From a virus: a stretch of DNA of 64,000 nt. Made by a program: the position numbers and the translations under genes. Below are positions 37,120 through 47,092 of this stretch, piece after piece. Location of the stretch: positions 79,464 through 143,463 of IMG/VR virus record IMGVR_UViG_3300045971_000354, one strand, 5' to 3'. Every line of letters starts with the position of its first letter. Positions within the stretch are counted from its first letter, which is position 1. The notes below the pieces were generated by a model. That model was not told where the DNA came from. It ran no database searches and saw nothing but the letters and a program-made list of their open reading frames with translations.

Positions 37120-39382
37120 CTTCAGTTTCTACCGCAGATACCTTAGTCTTTGCAGACAATACTTCAATGAATTTAAAGGTAAATGCATCGTCAACAGCAT
37201 CAATTTCAACGATTCCGCCAGCAACTAGTTTTCCGAACAAAATTTCCTTGCTCAATGGCTTCTTAATATGTTCATCAATAGCACGGCCTAGCGGTCTTGC
37301 ACCCATCTTCTTGTTAAAGCCCTTCTTAATTAACAGTTCAACGGCATCGGGGGTTGGCTTGATATGAACATTCTTATCCTTAATTTGCGCATTTAACTCG
37401 TCAATGAACTTCTTAACAATCTTAATCATTGTAGTCTGATCAAGTTTGCCAAACTGGATGACTCCGTCTAACCGATTGCGGAATTCAGGCTTAAAGAATG
37501 TGTTAACAGCAGCGTTAATTTCACCGTCTCGCTCTTGACTACCAAAACCCACGGCGTTTTTCTCTTGATCAGATGCACCTAAGTTACTTGTTAAAATAAC
37601 AATAGCATTCCGTCCGTCTGCTTTCTTACCGTTACTTCCAGTTACAAAGCCGTTATCCATCAACCCAAGCAAGATGTTGCTTACACTAGGATGTGCTTTT
37701 TCAATTTCATCAAGTAACAAGACGCAGTTAGGATGTTCTTGTAGTTTAGTTACAAGTTGTCCGGCATTATCTTCAAATCCGACATACCCGGGAGGAGCCC
37801 CAATGAACTTTGCAACACTATGTGACTCCTGGAACTCGCTCATGTCAAATCGGACTAGTTCAACTCCTAGTGATGCAGCAAGTACCTTTGCGGTTTCTGT
37901 CTTCCCGCAGCCCGTCGGGCCGACGAACAAGAAATTACCAACAGGCTTATTATGCGACTTCAGTCCAGCTTGTGAGATATAGATCTTATCTAGCAGAATA
38001 TCAATAGCTTTGTCTTGGCCGAATACTTTGCCGTGCATATTCTTATCAAGATTCTTAAGATTTTGATTTTCTTTTGCAGCAACTTGTTCAAGCGGCAAAT
38101 TAGCAATCTTAGCAACTTCAAAAACAATTTCGTCGTGATCAACAATCCCGTTCTCTTCATCACGGACCTTAAAACGAGCACATGCACTATCAATCAGATC
38201 GATTGCTTTGTCGGGCAATTTCTTGTCGGTCATATATTTGACAGAATATCGCACACTATCAATGACTGCTTGGTTAGTGATCTTTACACTGTGATGCTTT
38301 TCGTAATATTTCTTAAGGCCCTTGATAATTTTAATAGCCATTGCTTCGCTTGGTTCATCAATTACTACCCGTTGGAACCGGCGCATTAGTGCACGATCCT
38401 TTTCAAAGTGCTTGCGGAACTCGTCCCAAGTAGTTGATGCAATAACTTTTAATGTGCCCTTTGACAATGCAGGCTTTAGCATATTGCTCATATCGTTTGA
38501 GCTTCCACTAACTGCACCGGCACCACTCATCATGTGTGCTTCGTCAATAAACAGAATACAATTCTTTTTCTTTTCCAACGCAGTAATGACTAGCTTCAGA
38601 CGTTCTTCAAAGTCGCCACGATATTTAGATCCAGCAAGCATCGCTCCGATATCTAGACTATAAACAACATGTTCTTTGATATACTTTGGAACTGAACCTT
38701 CTACAATCTTACGAGCAAGCCCTTCTGCAATTGCAGTCTTTCCTACGCCAGGCTCGCCGATCATCATTACGTTTGACTTTTGTCGACGTGCAAGAACAAG
38801 TTGAATTTCTTCGATTTCTTTCTCACGACCGATTACTGGATCAATCTTCTTTTGCTTAACTTTAGCATTCAAGTTTGTGCAAAACTGTACAATAACCTTT
38901 TCGAGATTTGCATGAACTGCCTCTTCGTTTACTGAGTCCATGTCATCTGCTTTTTCTTTTGTGATAAATTCTAGGAACTCGTCTTTATCAATGTTCGCTT
39001 CTCGCATATAGTATGCAGCATGGCTTTTCTTTTCCGAGAACAAACTAATAAAGCAATCAATAGGTTCAATAATTGAGCGACCAGTAAACAGTACCTGAGT
39101 AAACGCACGATTCAACATACGCTCCATTGAGTGGGTTTTTCGTGGTTTAATATCCGGGTCAGTAGTTACGATATCAGTAAACTTTTCATCGATATGCTGT
39201 TCTACCGCAGCTTTTAGCGACTTTACATTAGTGCCGAACTCGTCTAACAGCTTTTCAAACTTTGCATCTGTAACAAGCCCGTAAAGGAAATGTTCTAGAG
39301 TGATATATTCGTGATTGCGCTTCGATGCGGATTTTACAGCTTGTTCGAAAATTACTTCCAAGTCTGAATTTGGTTCTAACAT
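37097..39382 (-). CDS. clpA: ATP-dependent Clp protease ATP-binding subunit
   Basis: HEYITLEH N-domain; two AAA+ modules (GEPGVGKT, GPTGCGKT); no ClpB middle domain; VGF ClpP-docking loop; MGARP. Confidence 0.93.
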   Translation of the reverse strand: MLEPNSDLEVIFEQAVKSASKRNHEYITLEHFLYGLVTDAKFEKLLDEFGTNVKSLKAAVEQHIDEKFTDIVTTDPDIKPRKTHSMERMLNRAFTQVLFTGRSIIEPIDCFISLFSEKKSHAAYYMREANIDKDEFLEFITKEKADDMDSVNEEAVHANLEKVIVQFCTNLNAKVKQKKIDPVIGREKEIEEIQLVLARRQKSNVMMIGEPGVGKTAIAEGLARKIVEGSVPKYIKEHVVYSLDIGAMLAGSKYRGDFEERLKLVITALEKKKNCILFIDEAHMMSGAGAVSGSSNDMSNMLKPALSKGTLKVIASTTWDEFRKHFEKDRALMRRFQRVVIDEPSEAMAIKIIKGLKKYYEKHHSVKITNQAVIDSVRYSVKYMTDKKLPDKAIDLIDSACARFKVRDEENGIVDHDEIVFEVAKIANLPLEQVAAKENQNLKNLDKNMHGKVFGQDKAIDILLDKIYISQAGLKSHNKPVGNFLFVGPTGCGKTETAKVLAASLGVELVRFDMSEFQESHSVAKFIGAPPGYVGFEDNAGQLVTKLQEHPNCVLLLDEIEKAHPSVSNILLGLMDNGFVTGSNGKKADGRNAIVILTSNLGASDQEKNAVGFGSQERDGEINAAVNTFFKPEFRNRLDGVIQFGKLDQTTMIKIVKKFIDELNAQIKDKNVHIKPTPDAVELLIKKGFNKKMGARPLGRAIDEHIKKPLSKEILFGKLVAGGIVEIDAVDDAFTFKFIEVLSAKTKVSAVETEDESLSDK

Positions 39383-39383
39383 T

Positions 39384-39872
39384 TTATTTCCTTTTAGATT
39401 TTTTAATACCGAGAGCCCATTTTAACGGGCTGACCCTATCCTGAAACACTACACCTTCCAAATGATCAAGTTCGTGCAAAAAGCATTTACATTCGTATCC
39501 TGTAAATTCTGATTCTACAAACTCGCCCTTAGCATTCTGCCATCGTGCCTTAATTGCCTTTGGTCTTTTTATTTTAACATAAACTCCGGGAAAACTCAAG
39601 CATCCTTCTTCTAAATCTTCGATGTCGTCTGTATTTGCGATAACTTCTGGATTAAAGAAAGCGATACTATTTTCAGGTTTAAACCGATGCCCCATTACAA
39701 ATACTCTAGCCTCAATGCCCACTTGATTTGCCGCAAGCCCGATGCCGTCGTGCTTAATCATTGCATCTTTCATATCTTGTTCAAGTTGTTCTGGGTCCGT
39801 TGACGGACTAGTGAAATCGAACTCGGGCATTCTCTTTCGAAGAATTGGATCTGGGAATTTTACAATTTTCAT
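39384..39872 (-). CDS. def: Peptide deformylase
   Basis: [20 protein letters not shown]. Confidence 0.95.
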   Translation of the reverse strand: MKIVKFPDPILRKRMPEFDFTSPSTDPEQLEQDMKDAMIKHDGIGLAANQVGIEARVFVMGHRFKPENSIAFFNPEVIANTDDIEDLEEGCLSFPGVYVKIKRPKAIKARWQNAKGEFVESEFTGYECKCFLHELDHLEGVVFQDRVSPLKWALGIKKSKRK

Positions 39873-40684
39873 TTTATATCTAATTCTCTTAGTTTAATTT
39901 GTTGGTCTTCAGTTAGCATTGGAATACGCATATTAAGTCTAACTAGTATTCTTCCCCTTCTCGAAGGATCATTAAAGTTAGGCATTCCGTACCCCTGTAA
40001 TGCTAGCACTGAATTGTTTTGTGTACCTGCAGGAATAATTGCTTCTAAATACTTGTTATCGATACTGGATAGATTAATAGTCTTTCCGAGCATTGCATCT
40101 ATGCAGCTTAGTTCGATTTCTTGAACTAGATCATCGCCCTGCCGAGTATATGTGTGATGTTCTGAAATTTGCACATTTAGCATTATATCTCCACGAGGGA
40201 GATTCGAGATCGAATCATCGCCCATTCCTGCTAACCGTAGTGTTTGGTTAGTATGGATGCCCCTTGGAATATTAATACTTAGGGTTTGATCGCGTCCGCT
40301 TGGCAATGTTATATTTACAACCATTTCTTTACCATTAAACGCATCTTCTAATGATATAACTGTTTGTAGTTGTAATGCGCGATTTTGTTGCCGTTGTGGA
40401 TGACGACTAAACCCAAACAAATCCCCAAACGGACTTCCGTGCCCGAACATTGACTCGAAGTCACCGGGGAACCCGTGGTGATGCGACTGCTGTCGAGGAT
40501 TATCGTGTTCTGCTCGTTTTTGTGGATCGCTTAGTGTAGCATAAGCTTCTTGAATTTCTTGAAACTTTGCAGTATCGCCGCCTTTATCGGGGTGATGTTT
40601 ACTCGCAAGACTGCGAAATGCTTTTTTGATTTCGTCTTCGGATGCTGATCTCTCAACTCCTAGGGTTTGATAATAGTCCTTCAT
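39869..40684 (-). CDS. dnaJ: DnaJ/CbpA-type co-chaperone without zinc finger
   Basis: DYY..LGV, HHPDK, G/F region, C-terminal substrate-binding domains. Confidence 0.9.
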   Translation of the reverse strand: MKDYYQTLGVERSASEDEIKKAFRSLASKHHPDKGGDTAKFQEIQEAYATLSDPQKRAEHDNPRQQSHHHGFPGDFESMFGHGSPFGDLFGFSRHPQRQQNRALQLQTVISLEDAFNGKEMVVNITLPSGRDQTLSINIPRGIHTNQTLRLAGMGDDSISNLPRGDIMLNVQISEHHTYTRQGDDLVQEIELSCIDAMLGKTINLSSIDNKYLEAIIPAGTQNNSVLALQGYGMPNFNDPSRRGRILVRLNMRIPMLTEDQQIKLRELDIK

Positions 40685-40691
40685 TGTAATA

Positions 40692-40720
40692 ATTATACTA
40701 CCTTTGAAGGACTATGTCAA
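40692..40720 (-). promoter_or_regulatory. Consensus sigma70 promoter, apparently leaderless, for dnaJ-def-clpA
   Basis: TTGACA-17 nt-TATAAT, 7 nt before the ATG, no SD. Confidence 0.8.
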
Positions 40721-40733
40721 TGATCCGGCTCTG

Positions 40734-41051
40734 TTACTTTACCATTGTGTCTACATTCGGAGAGTTCATTGCTGTAATCTTCTCTTGGCCTCTACTCCAT
40801 GCAGCAACACCTAGAACTGCACCCATTGCCATGTGAAAAAATCCACCAGACTTCAATGTAATAGGATCCCACTGAACTAGTGTGTTATGAACAACTCCTT
40901 GTGCGCCAGTCCATAAGATTGGAAACACAATGAAATCAAATATGCAAACAGCCATGTACATCCACCCCATTGCAGGACGCCATTTTGCAGACATCCAATC
41001 AGATGACGGTAATGAACCGACGATATGTGTATTAGGATCTATTTCTGCCAT
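40734..41051 (-). CDS. Putative holin (GTA 3TM-holin-like)
   Basis: WRPAMGW.Y...DF...P, LGV.AWSR.QEK; next to spanins. Confidence 0.6.
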   Translation of the reverse strand: MAEIDPNTHIVGSLPSSDWMSAKWRPAMGWMYMAVCIFDFIVFPILWTGAQGVVHNTLVQWDPITLKSGGFFHMAMGAVLGVAAWSRGQEKITAMNSPNVDTMVK

Positions 41052-41054
41052 AAC

Positions 41055-41171
41055 TTACTTCTTTGCTAACCAAGCTTGTACTTTTTCTTGAACAATCTTT
41101 GCCCAAAACGGTTGAGGGAAATTCCATCCAACAAACGCACCTACTAAAATCCACATAATTGTATCCGTCAT
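41055..41171 (-). CDS. 38-aa membrane peptide (not in ORF track)
   Basis: MTDTIMWILVGAFVGWNFPQPFWAK...; SD AGGAG; TATAAATA at 41191-41198. Confidence 0.7.
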   Translation of the reverse strand: MTDTIMWILVGAFVGWNFPQPFWAKIVQEKVQAWLAKK

Positions 41172-41209
41172 AATAGTTCTCCTATATGCTTATTTATAGG
41201 TTTTACCGG

Positions 41210-41494
41210 TTATTTTGGCGGTGCGTTAAAGATTTCTTTTTGGTCGTTATACCATTTAATCCAATTATCTACTTCGATCTTGCATTCGCTATATTGTGCA
41301 TAGTTATCTTTAACTACGCTTAACACAGTACTAAACTTCGTAGTGCCTTCTTCGATTAACTTTAAATCAGGGCATGCAACCATTAGTTCCTTTGGAACAT
41401 CTGGAAATTTTTTATCTACTGACGGGACTTTAGGTATGGTCCCCCAACAGCCCGCTAGCATCATTACAGCTAATAGGATTGATACTCTTTTCAT
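41210..41494 (-). CDS. Outer-membrane lipoprotein, o-spanin (Rz1-like)
   Basis: Lipobox LAGC; P.VP.ELM..CP.L; Y..C. Confidence 0.75.
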   Translation of the reverse strand: MKRVSILLAVMMLAGCWGTIPKVPSVDKKFPDVPKELMVACPDLKLIEEGTTKFSTVLSVVKDNYAQYSECKIEVDNWIKWYNDQKEIFNAPPK

Positions 41495-41934
41495 TTCTTG
41501 ACTCCTAATGCAGCACTATTTAGGATACTAATAGCTTCTGGATCAATTACACACTGCGAATCGAGCTTCTTAGAAACTTCGTCAATATGTGTCTGAATAG
41601 CAGCCTGCGTAGCTTTAACTGACGCCATTTGTGTTTTTACTGCATCGGAAATTTCTTTATTCTTATCTTGACTTTGGGCTTCTGCAATTGCAGCCTGCGC
41701 CTGTGCTGCTTCAATTTGTGCTATATAGCTTTTTTCTGCTACATACCCGCCCTCAAAAAACACCCCTGCAAGTAAACATAGTGCACCTACTGCTTTTGCA
41801 AGTATTCCATATTCTGAAATACCTACAATATTCTTTGCGACAGCTCCCACTATGCTAAGTATAATTCCTAACACAATTAGTCCGTGCACTATCCATTCAA
41901 CTGCACCGTTTGGTAAGATTGACATAAACCACAT
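41491..41934 (-). CDS. i-spanin (Rz-like)
   Basis: N-terminal TM helices, coiled coil, C-terminal C.I....I.ILN.AA; ATGA-coupled to the lipoprotein. Confidence 0.7.
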   Translation of the reverse strand: MWFMSILPNGAVEWIVHGLIVLGIILSIVGAVAKNIVGISEYGILAKAVGALCLLAGVFFEGGYVAEKSYIAQIEAAQAQAAIAEAQSQDKNKEISDAVKTQMASVKATQAAIQTHIDEVSKKLDSQCVIDPEAISILNSAALGVKK

Positions 41935-42704
41935 TACCAGATGTCCTTGGATAAAATAACAGCACGACTACCGTTGCGGATTAAGAAGTGCCCTTCGATC
42001 TTGTTAATATCGTAGTTACCTAAATACTTGTTTAGGAATAATACTTGCCCTCTGCTCGATTCGTCTAACTGTAGCCCGCCTCTAAGTGCGTTCTTTAAGG
42101 TATTATATTCGCCTATGGCGATTAGTTTTGCAGTTAGCGGACCGGCATAGGGCTTTGTAAACGTAATTGTTTGACTCTCGCCCATTTCAACTGAGTCAAT
42201 TGCACCTTGGTCAAAGAAATCTGTCACTTCTCCTTGATCTTCTGACGATGTTCTTGCCTCGTATTCTTCGGGAGTTAAAGGAACTACTTTTGCAAAATCT
42301 TCTTCGGAAAAGTCGTATCCTTCTTTATCTTTATACCAGCGGAATCGCCAGTCTGAGCACTCGCATAGTTGTCCTAACCCTGCAAGTAGATCTTTAACAT
42401 TACTTGGAGATTTTTTATCCCGTTCTAGTTCAACAAATATGCTGTACTGTCCGTCCTTCTCTTCGCCCGAACTAACGTCGGCATCTAGAACGAAGTCGTA
42501 ACCTTTCTCAATAAACTCCATTAAGTCAATTGCAGGTTCTTTATCAACAGCACGAAAACGAATAACCATTACGTCTTTGTCATTGCCCATCTTGCTTTCA
42601 TATTGATCTATGGTGAAGTGATTGTCTACCATATCTTTAAGGTCGGACCTACGTAGGCCTTCCATTACTTTATTGACCTTGGACCGGTGCTGGCGTGTTG
42701 TCAT
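41934..42704 (-). CDS. Hypothetical phage protein
   Basis: 256 aa acidic ORF in a late operon. Confidence 0.75.
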   Translation of the reverse strand: MTTRQHRSKVNKVMEGLRRSDLKDMVDNHFTIDQYESKMGNDKDVMVIRFRAVDKEPAIDLMEFIEKGYDFVLDADVSSGEEKDGQYSIFVELERDKKSPSNVKDLLAGLGQLCECSDWRFRWYKDKEGYDFSEEDFAKVVPLTPEEYEARTSSEDQGEVTDFFDQGAIDSVEMGESQTITFTKPYAGPLTAKLIAIGEYNTLKNALRGGLQLDESSRGQVLFLNKYLGNYDINKIEGHFLIRNGSRAVILSKDIW

Positions 42705-43209
42705 CTGGCATTGCCTCCGTAGCTGCTGAATCTGGGTTCATTTCTGTGTTTGGATTGATCGTAATATGATCACGAACGTACTCGCTCTGTTGGCGCTTCT
42801 GTCCTTGATATATATCTTGCATAAGTTTTTTTGGCATAGTAATAGATACTACCCAAATAGGGTGCGAATCAATCTTTCCTTTCTTTGTTCCTGGGCGAAA
42901 ATCGCTTGCTTTGTAAACTTTACGTGGAACTAGCAGATCTTCCTTTTGATATGTTACTTTGCAGCCGTAATCAAGCAATCTTGCTGCTGCTACAGGATCT
43001 GGCATATCTTCGTACGGCCACATAAACTTGCAAGTAACTGCATGCCGATGTACTTCAGGACCAACAACTAGCTCGCCGTCTTCCCAGTTCTTGTACACAT
43101 ACAAATCTAGGTCGTCGATTACTCGTTCAAAATCCTTAAGAATCTTAAAAGCATCGTCGTTTGTTGTAAGTGTTTCAATGTTTTTGATTACATCTATAAT
43201 ATCATGCAT
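42670..43209 (-). CDS. Hypothetical phage protein
   Basis: 179 aa, SD AGGA, TATAAATA at 43233-43240. Confidence 0.8.
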   Translation of the reverse strand: MHDIIDVIKNIETLTTNDDAFKILKDFERVIDDLDLYVYKNWEDGELVVGPEVHRHAVTCKFMWPYEDMPDPVAAARLLDYGCKVTYQKEDLLVPRKVYKASDFRPGTKKGKIDSHPIWVVSITMPKKLMQDIYQGQKRQQSEYVRDHITINPNTEMNPDSAATEAMPDDNTPAPVQGQ

Positions 43210-43323
43210 GGAAAGTTCCTAGTTATCTAGTATATTTATACGATTCAAAATTATGCCATTTAATTACCCTTTTAGCATTAGAAGTTAAATACTTTTGCAG
43301 GTCCCCGACATAGGAGGTCACCA

Positions 43324-44079
43324 TTGTCAAGACTAAAACGACGCGAACGTAGTACAGGGGCTAACAACAGTCCCGATCCTAGATTCAATGAAACTAAAAA
43401 TCTTATTGAGATTAAAAACTACATCAAAAAGAAGCAGCAAGTCCAAATCATTCCTCGCAATACTAGCCAGGAAACATACTTAGAACTACTTAAGAACCCC
43501 AAAAAATACATTATTTTTGCTATCGGACCCGCCGGCACAGGCAAAACGATGATTGGTGTTCAAATGGCCATTAAACAATTAAAAGAGGGGGTGATTTCTA
43601 AAATAGTAGTCACGAGGCCAGCAGTAAGTGTAGATGAGGATCACGGGTTTTTACCAGGAACATTAAATGAAAAGATGGCGCCCTGGACTCGTCCTATTTT
43701 TGATGTGTTTGAAGATTATTATCATCCGAAAGATATCCAAACGATGTTAGAAGATGGCGTTATCGAAATAAGCCCGCTAGCTTATATGCGTGGACGCACA
43801 TTCAAAGACGCCTTTATTGTAGCTGATGAGATGCAAAATGCAACTCCTAGCCAGATGAAGATGTTGTTAACTCGTATTGGGGAAGGTTCGAGAATGGTCG
43901 TTACAGGAGATTTACATCAAGCAGATAGACCAAACGAAAACGGATTGTTGGATTTTGTCCAACTTGTCCAATCACATAAGGGCCACAAAATGATTGACGT
44001 GTGCTGGTTTGAAACCAAAGACATCGAACGTCACCCTGTGGTTAAAGAAATTTTATCAATCTATAAGGAATTGGATTAA
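43324..44079 (+). CDS. phoH: PhoH-like ATPase
   Basis: GPAGTGKT, TRPAV, GFLPG, YMRGRT, DE.QN, TRIG, TGD..Q.D, RHP.V; TTG start with SD AGGAGG. Confidence 0.95.
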   Translation: MSRLKRRERSTGANNSPDPRFNETKNLIEIKNYIKKKQQVQIIPRNTSQETYLELLKNPKKYIIFAIGPAGTGKTMIGVQMAIKQLKEGVISKIVVTRPAVSVDEDHGFLPGTLNEKMAPWTRPIFDVFEDYYHPKDIQTMLEDGVIEISPLAYMRGRTFKDAFIVADEMQNATPSQMKMLLTRIGEGSRMVVTGDLHQADRPNENGLLDFVQLVQSHKGHKMIDVCWFETKDIERHPVVKEILSIYKELD

Positions 44080-44108
44080 AAATCATTCAGCTTTAACTTA
44101 ACCCAAAC

Positions 44109-44152
44109 AAAAACCGCATAACACTGACCTGCAACTCAGTTATGCGGTTTTT
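44109..44152. terminator. Bidirectional intrinsic terminator
   Basis: aaaaaccgcataac...gttatgcggttttt between convergent genes. Confidence 0.85.
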
Positions 44153-44154
44153 CA

Positions 44155-44514
44155 TTAAAAGATACTAATAAACGAATGCCACATGCTTTCAACAAGATGA
44201 TACACCCACATTACTCCCTGCCACAATAACCAGCATACAAATGCAGTGCCTAGCAAATCGACCATCCAGCTAGATTTCGATGAACTATTATTTTCAGATT
44301 GCGGCTGATCATAATAAGTTTGGTTATATTGTTGGGGTACTTGACTAGCATTTTTTGCCGCAGCCCTCGCAGCATTTTCTGCGGCCTTTGCAGCTTTTTC
44401 TTGGACCTTAATCTGCTTTTTCTGTAATTCAATTTGTTTACAAACCGGGCATCCCATCCAAGTTAGTGTATTGCTTCCACACCCGCCACAAAAACTAGTT
44501 TCTGCATTTGCCAT
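44155..44514 (-). CDS. Hypothetical membrane protein with N-terminal CxxC-CxxC
   Basis: CGGC...CPVC, coiled coil, C-terminal TM helix. Confidence 0.7.
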   Translation of the reverse strand: MANAETSFCGGCGSNTLTWMGCPVCKQIELQKKQIKVQEKAAKAAENAARAAAKNASQVPQQYNQTYYDQPQSENNSSSKSSWMVDLLGTAFVCWLLWQGVMWVYHLVESMWHSFISIF

Positions 44515-44538
44515 AATAACTTTCTTTAATGTAATAAT

Positions 44539-44567
44539 AGTATAACATCATTATTTGGCAAAGTCAA
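44539..44567 (-). promoter_or_regulatory. sigma70-type promoter
   Basis: TTGACT-17 nt-TATACT. Confidence 0.75.
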
Positions 44568-44593
44568 GTACTAAATTACTCAAATTATTAGCA

Positions 44594-45520
44594 TTACTTC
44601 TGGAGTCTAGCCAATTTACAGAGCGTGGCTGCAAGGTTAATTTCTGGATCAGCAATAATTGCATGATCACACAAGCCTTGCTTAATAATTAGCAATGCAC
44701 TATCCTTTGTATCGTCATCCTTGCCAAACAAATCTAAATTGTCATAAAGCCAACGATAAATGTCTTCCATTTCTTCCGGACGAGCACTTGCACAAATCAA
44801 CTTACGAGCTTGTTGAATCTTACCTGCCTTAAACAATTCAACCATTTGCAGCTTGTAATCACCGCTGCTCGAATCACTTGCAGTTACACCCATCAATTTT
44901 CCATCCTGCACATTTTGTTGCACAAGATTGATACATTTACGCAGATCCGGATACGCAGCTTTTACAAAAGTGTCCAGCGTGTCTAGGTCAAAATCAATGT
45001 TCTCTTCCATTAGAATAGTTGCAACACGAGCAGTATATTCATCCTGATCAACTTTATCAACGTGAAACGATTGACACCGACTATGAATAGCTGGCATAAT
45101 TCGCTGCGGCAAGTTACAAGTAAGCACAAAGCGAGCGGTCTCGTGAAACTGTTCCATAACACCACGCAACACAGCCTGAGCATTATGCGTTAGGTAGTCT
45201 GCCTCGTCTAACAGCACAACCTTAAACGGTCCAAACGGAATCATACTAACAAAGTTGATGATCTTGTCTTTCAAGAAATCAACACCGTTATCGCGACTTG
45301 CGTTAATTTCCAACAGATCGAATTCTTCAATGCCGATTTCATTCAGCAGCATCTTTGCCAATGTAGTTTTACCAATACCGGGACTGCCACTTAGCAGCAA
45401 ATGAGGAATAGATTTCTCCTTAATCCAGCTATTAACTTGTCTCCGTTGATTTTCATCGCGAAACACGTATCCGTCTACTGTTTTAGGACGATACTTCTCT
45501 ACCCACAATTCCTTAGCCAT
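44594..45520 (-). CDS. Clamp loader AAA+ subunit (gp44/RFC small-like)
   Basis: LWVEKYRP, GSPGIGKT, EINAS, LDEAD, SRC. Confidence 0.93.
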   Translation of the reverse strand: MAKELWVEKYRPKTVDGYVFRDENQRRQVNSWIKEKSIPHLLLSGSPGIGKTTLAKMLLNEIGIEEFDLLEINASRDNGVDFLKDKIINFVSMIPFGPFKVVLLDEADYLTHNAQAVLRGVMEQFHETARFVLTCNLPQRIMPAIHSRCQSFHVDKVDQDEYTARVATILMEENIDFDLDTLDTFVKAAYPDLRKCINLVQQNVQDGKLMGVTASDSSSGDYKLQMVELFKAGKIQQARKLICASARPEEMEDIYRWLYDNLDLFGKDDDTKDSALLIIKQGLCDHAIIADPEINLAATLCKLARLQK

Positions 45521-45523
45521 TCT

Positions 45524-45988
45524 TTATCCTTTTTTAAGTTCTGCTTCTGTTACACGTTTGCGTAGACTACTGCTACTAAACGAATGATCTCTACCATTAT
45601 ACACAATTTGTATGCCTCTTGCAAGGCATTCGGCTTTTCCAGTAAATTCCTTATGCTCATATTCGACACCTAATATTCGCACATCAACCGGCAGGATAAG
45701 CAGCAAGTCTATGACATCTTTCTCCGTTTGATATACAACTACTTCGTCTACATTACGATTGGTACTTAATTGAATTTGTCGTTCTACAATACTCTGAACA
45801 GGCGGATTCTTCGTATCCGGTCGATCAATAGTTGGATCAGTTTGTAACGCTGCAATCAAGTAATCGCAATGATTCTTTGCTTCTGCAAGCATTGCGATAT
45901 GACCTGCATGAAAAAGATCAAATGTAGAGAACGTGATTCCAATCACAAGTCCTTGCTGTTTTAGTTCTTTAATTTTGTTAAATATCAT
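45524..45988 (-). CDS. TagD-like cytidylyltransferase
   Basis: TFDLFHAGH, ER, R....SSS.LR. Confidence 0.85.
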   Translation of the reverse strand: MIFNKIKELKQQGLVIGITFSTFDLFHAGHIAMLAEAKNHCDYLIAALQTDPTIDRPDTKNPPVQSIVERQIQLSTNRNVDEVVVYQTEKDVIDLLLILPVDVRILGVEYEHKEFTGKAECLARGIQIVYNGRDHSFSSSSLRKRVTEAELKKG

Positions 45989-46238
45989 CTTCTATTACCT
46001 CCATTTCCGGAATACACGGTTTATCGTTGCTTTCCCATTCTGGAAAATAATGTAACCTATATTCTTTTCCGCCCATTTTATAATATTCTGTACTTGAGCG
46101 TTGATTGTTTGTTTCTTTGTAAGGCCCTACTAACATGAGGAGAAGCATAGTGTCGTTAAACTCTTTGCCCTCAATTTTTCGAGTCGCCGGCCCCATCACT
46201 TTTCGTATAAAGGCAAGAGCTTCTGCCTTTGTTTTCAT
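45978..46238 (-). CDS. Hypothetical protein
   Basis: 86 aa, coupled to neighbours. Confidence 0.65.
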   Translation of the reverse strand: MKTKAEALAFIRKVMGPATRKIEGKEFNDTMLLLMLVGPYKETNNQRSSTEYYKMGGKEYRLHYFPEWESNDKPCIPEMEVIEDDI

Positions 46239-46405
46239 TAAACAAGTTCCTCGACAATCCCCAGCCCCTCTGCTAGAATAAGGAAGATGCCGCCTGCATA
46301 TATTGCACCATAACAGAATGCAGCACCTGCTACGATGCGAAGTACACTCTTGACAAGAGATATATAGAAGTGACCTTTACTTGTATCTTTAGGTTGAATA
46401 TTCAT
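46238..46405 (-). CDS. 55-aa membrane protein (not in ORF track)
   Basis: MNIQPKDTSKGHFYISLVKSVLRI...LAEGLGIVEELV; coupled at both ends. Confidence 0.7.
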   Translation of the reverse strand: MNIQPKDTSKGHFYISLVKSVLRIVAGAAFCYGAIYAGGIFLILAEGLGIVEELV

Positions 46406-46872
46406 TTTACGTAGATAATTTTATCGAAGCCTTCTGCTTCAGTTGGTTCTTCCCAGTTAGCTCGCATACTCTGCACAACTTCGGGAGGAATAGTTTTCCC
46501 CGGACGTGACGCAAGACGACGTTGCAGTTCCTTAGCTTCGGGAGTTTGAAACACGACTGCAATCATTTCGTATCCGCGCAACATGTTAAACTTTTTACGA
46601 CGTGCTACCTTTGTAGTAGAAGTTTGATCCCAAACGATATCAAGTCCTTGCTTTACTGCATCAACTACACTATCTGCCATTAGTTGAACCGCAGTTGGCA
46701 TATAATCTTTAAACACATCTGAATAGGTCTTACCTTGTTCTTTTGCGTGTTTCTCAACATGGCCGTCAGTAGATACTAGAACAGTTTTGTTCCAGTCAAA
46801 TGGCTGTTTTGCAATCCAGGTTGATTTCCCAGCACCTGGCACGCCTACTAAGATATATGCTGTTGGCTTCAT
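46402..46872 (-). CDS. P-loop kinase (polynucleotide kinase-like)
   Basis: LVGVPGAGKSTW, STD, WDQT, EEPT..EGFD. Confidence 0.8.
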   Translation of the reverse strand: MKPTAYILVGVPGAGKSTWIAKQPFDWNKTVLVSTDGHVEKHAKEQGKTYSDVFKDYMPTAVQLMADSVVDAVKQGLDIVWDQTSTTKVARRKKFNMLRGYEMIAVVFQTPEAKELQRRLASRPGKTIPPEVVQSMRANWEEPTEAEGFDKIIYVK

Positions 46873-47087
46873 TTTGAAATTCCGAAATGGTCAGTAATAT
46901 CACACGATGCTTCGAAAATAGGATCCGCAGTGTGCGAGTAATCTTTAGCCCTAATTAGTGTTGCACATTCTTTAACAATCAAATTGGCAAGGTTTTCAGA
47001 ATACTCTAATAGCCCGTGTTCGAACAGCGTACCTTTTTCTGTTTGGTGCCTTGCTTGTTTAGCGAGTTCTTTAATTCGTTCGTTCAT
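46869..47087 (-). CDS. Small phage protein, MNERIKELA family
   Basis: Start 47087; 23 bp identical to the start of 13601..13891. Confidence 0.7.
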   Translation of the reverse strand: MNERIKELAKQARHQTEKGTLFEHGLLEYSENLANLIVKECATLIRAKDYSHTADPIFEASCDITDHFGISK

Positions 47088-47092
47088 GCTAT

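Noticed and set aside
45524-45988. TagD-like enzyme as part of the DNA modification pathway
   Set aside because: More than 23 kb from the locus and in an operon with the clamp loader; no positional support.
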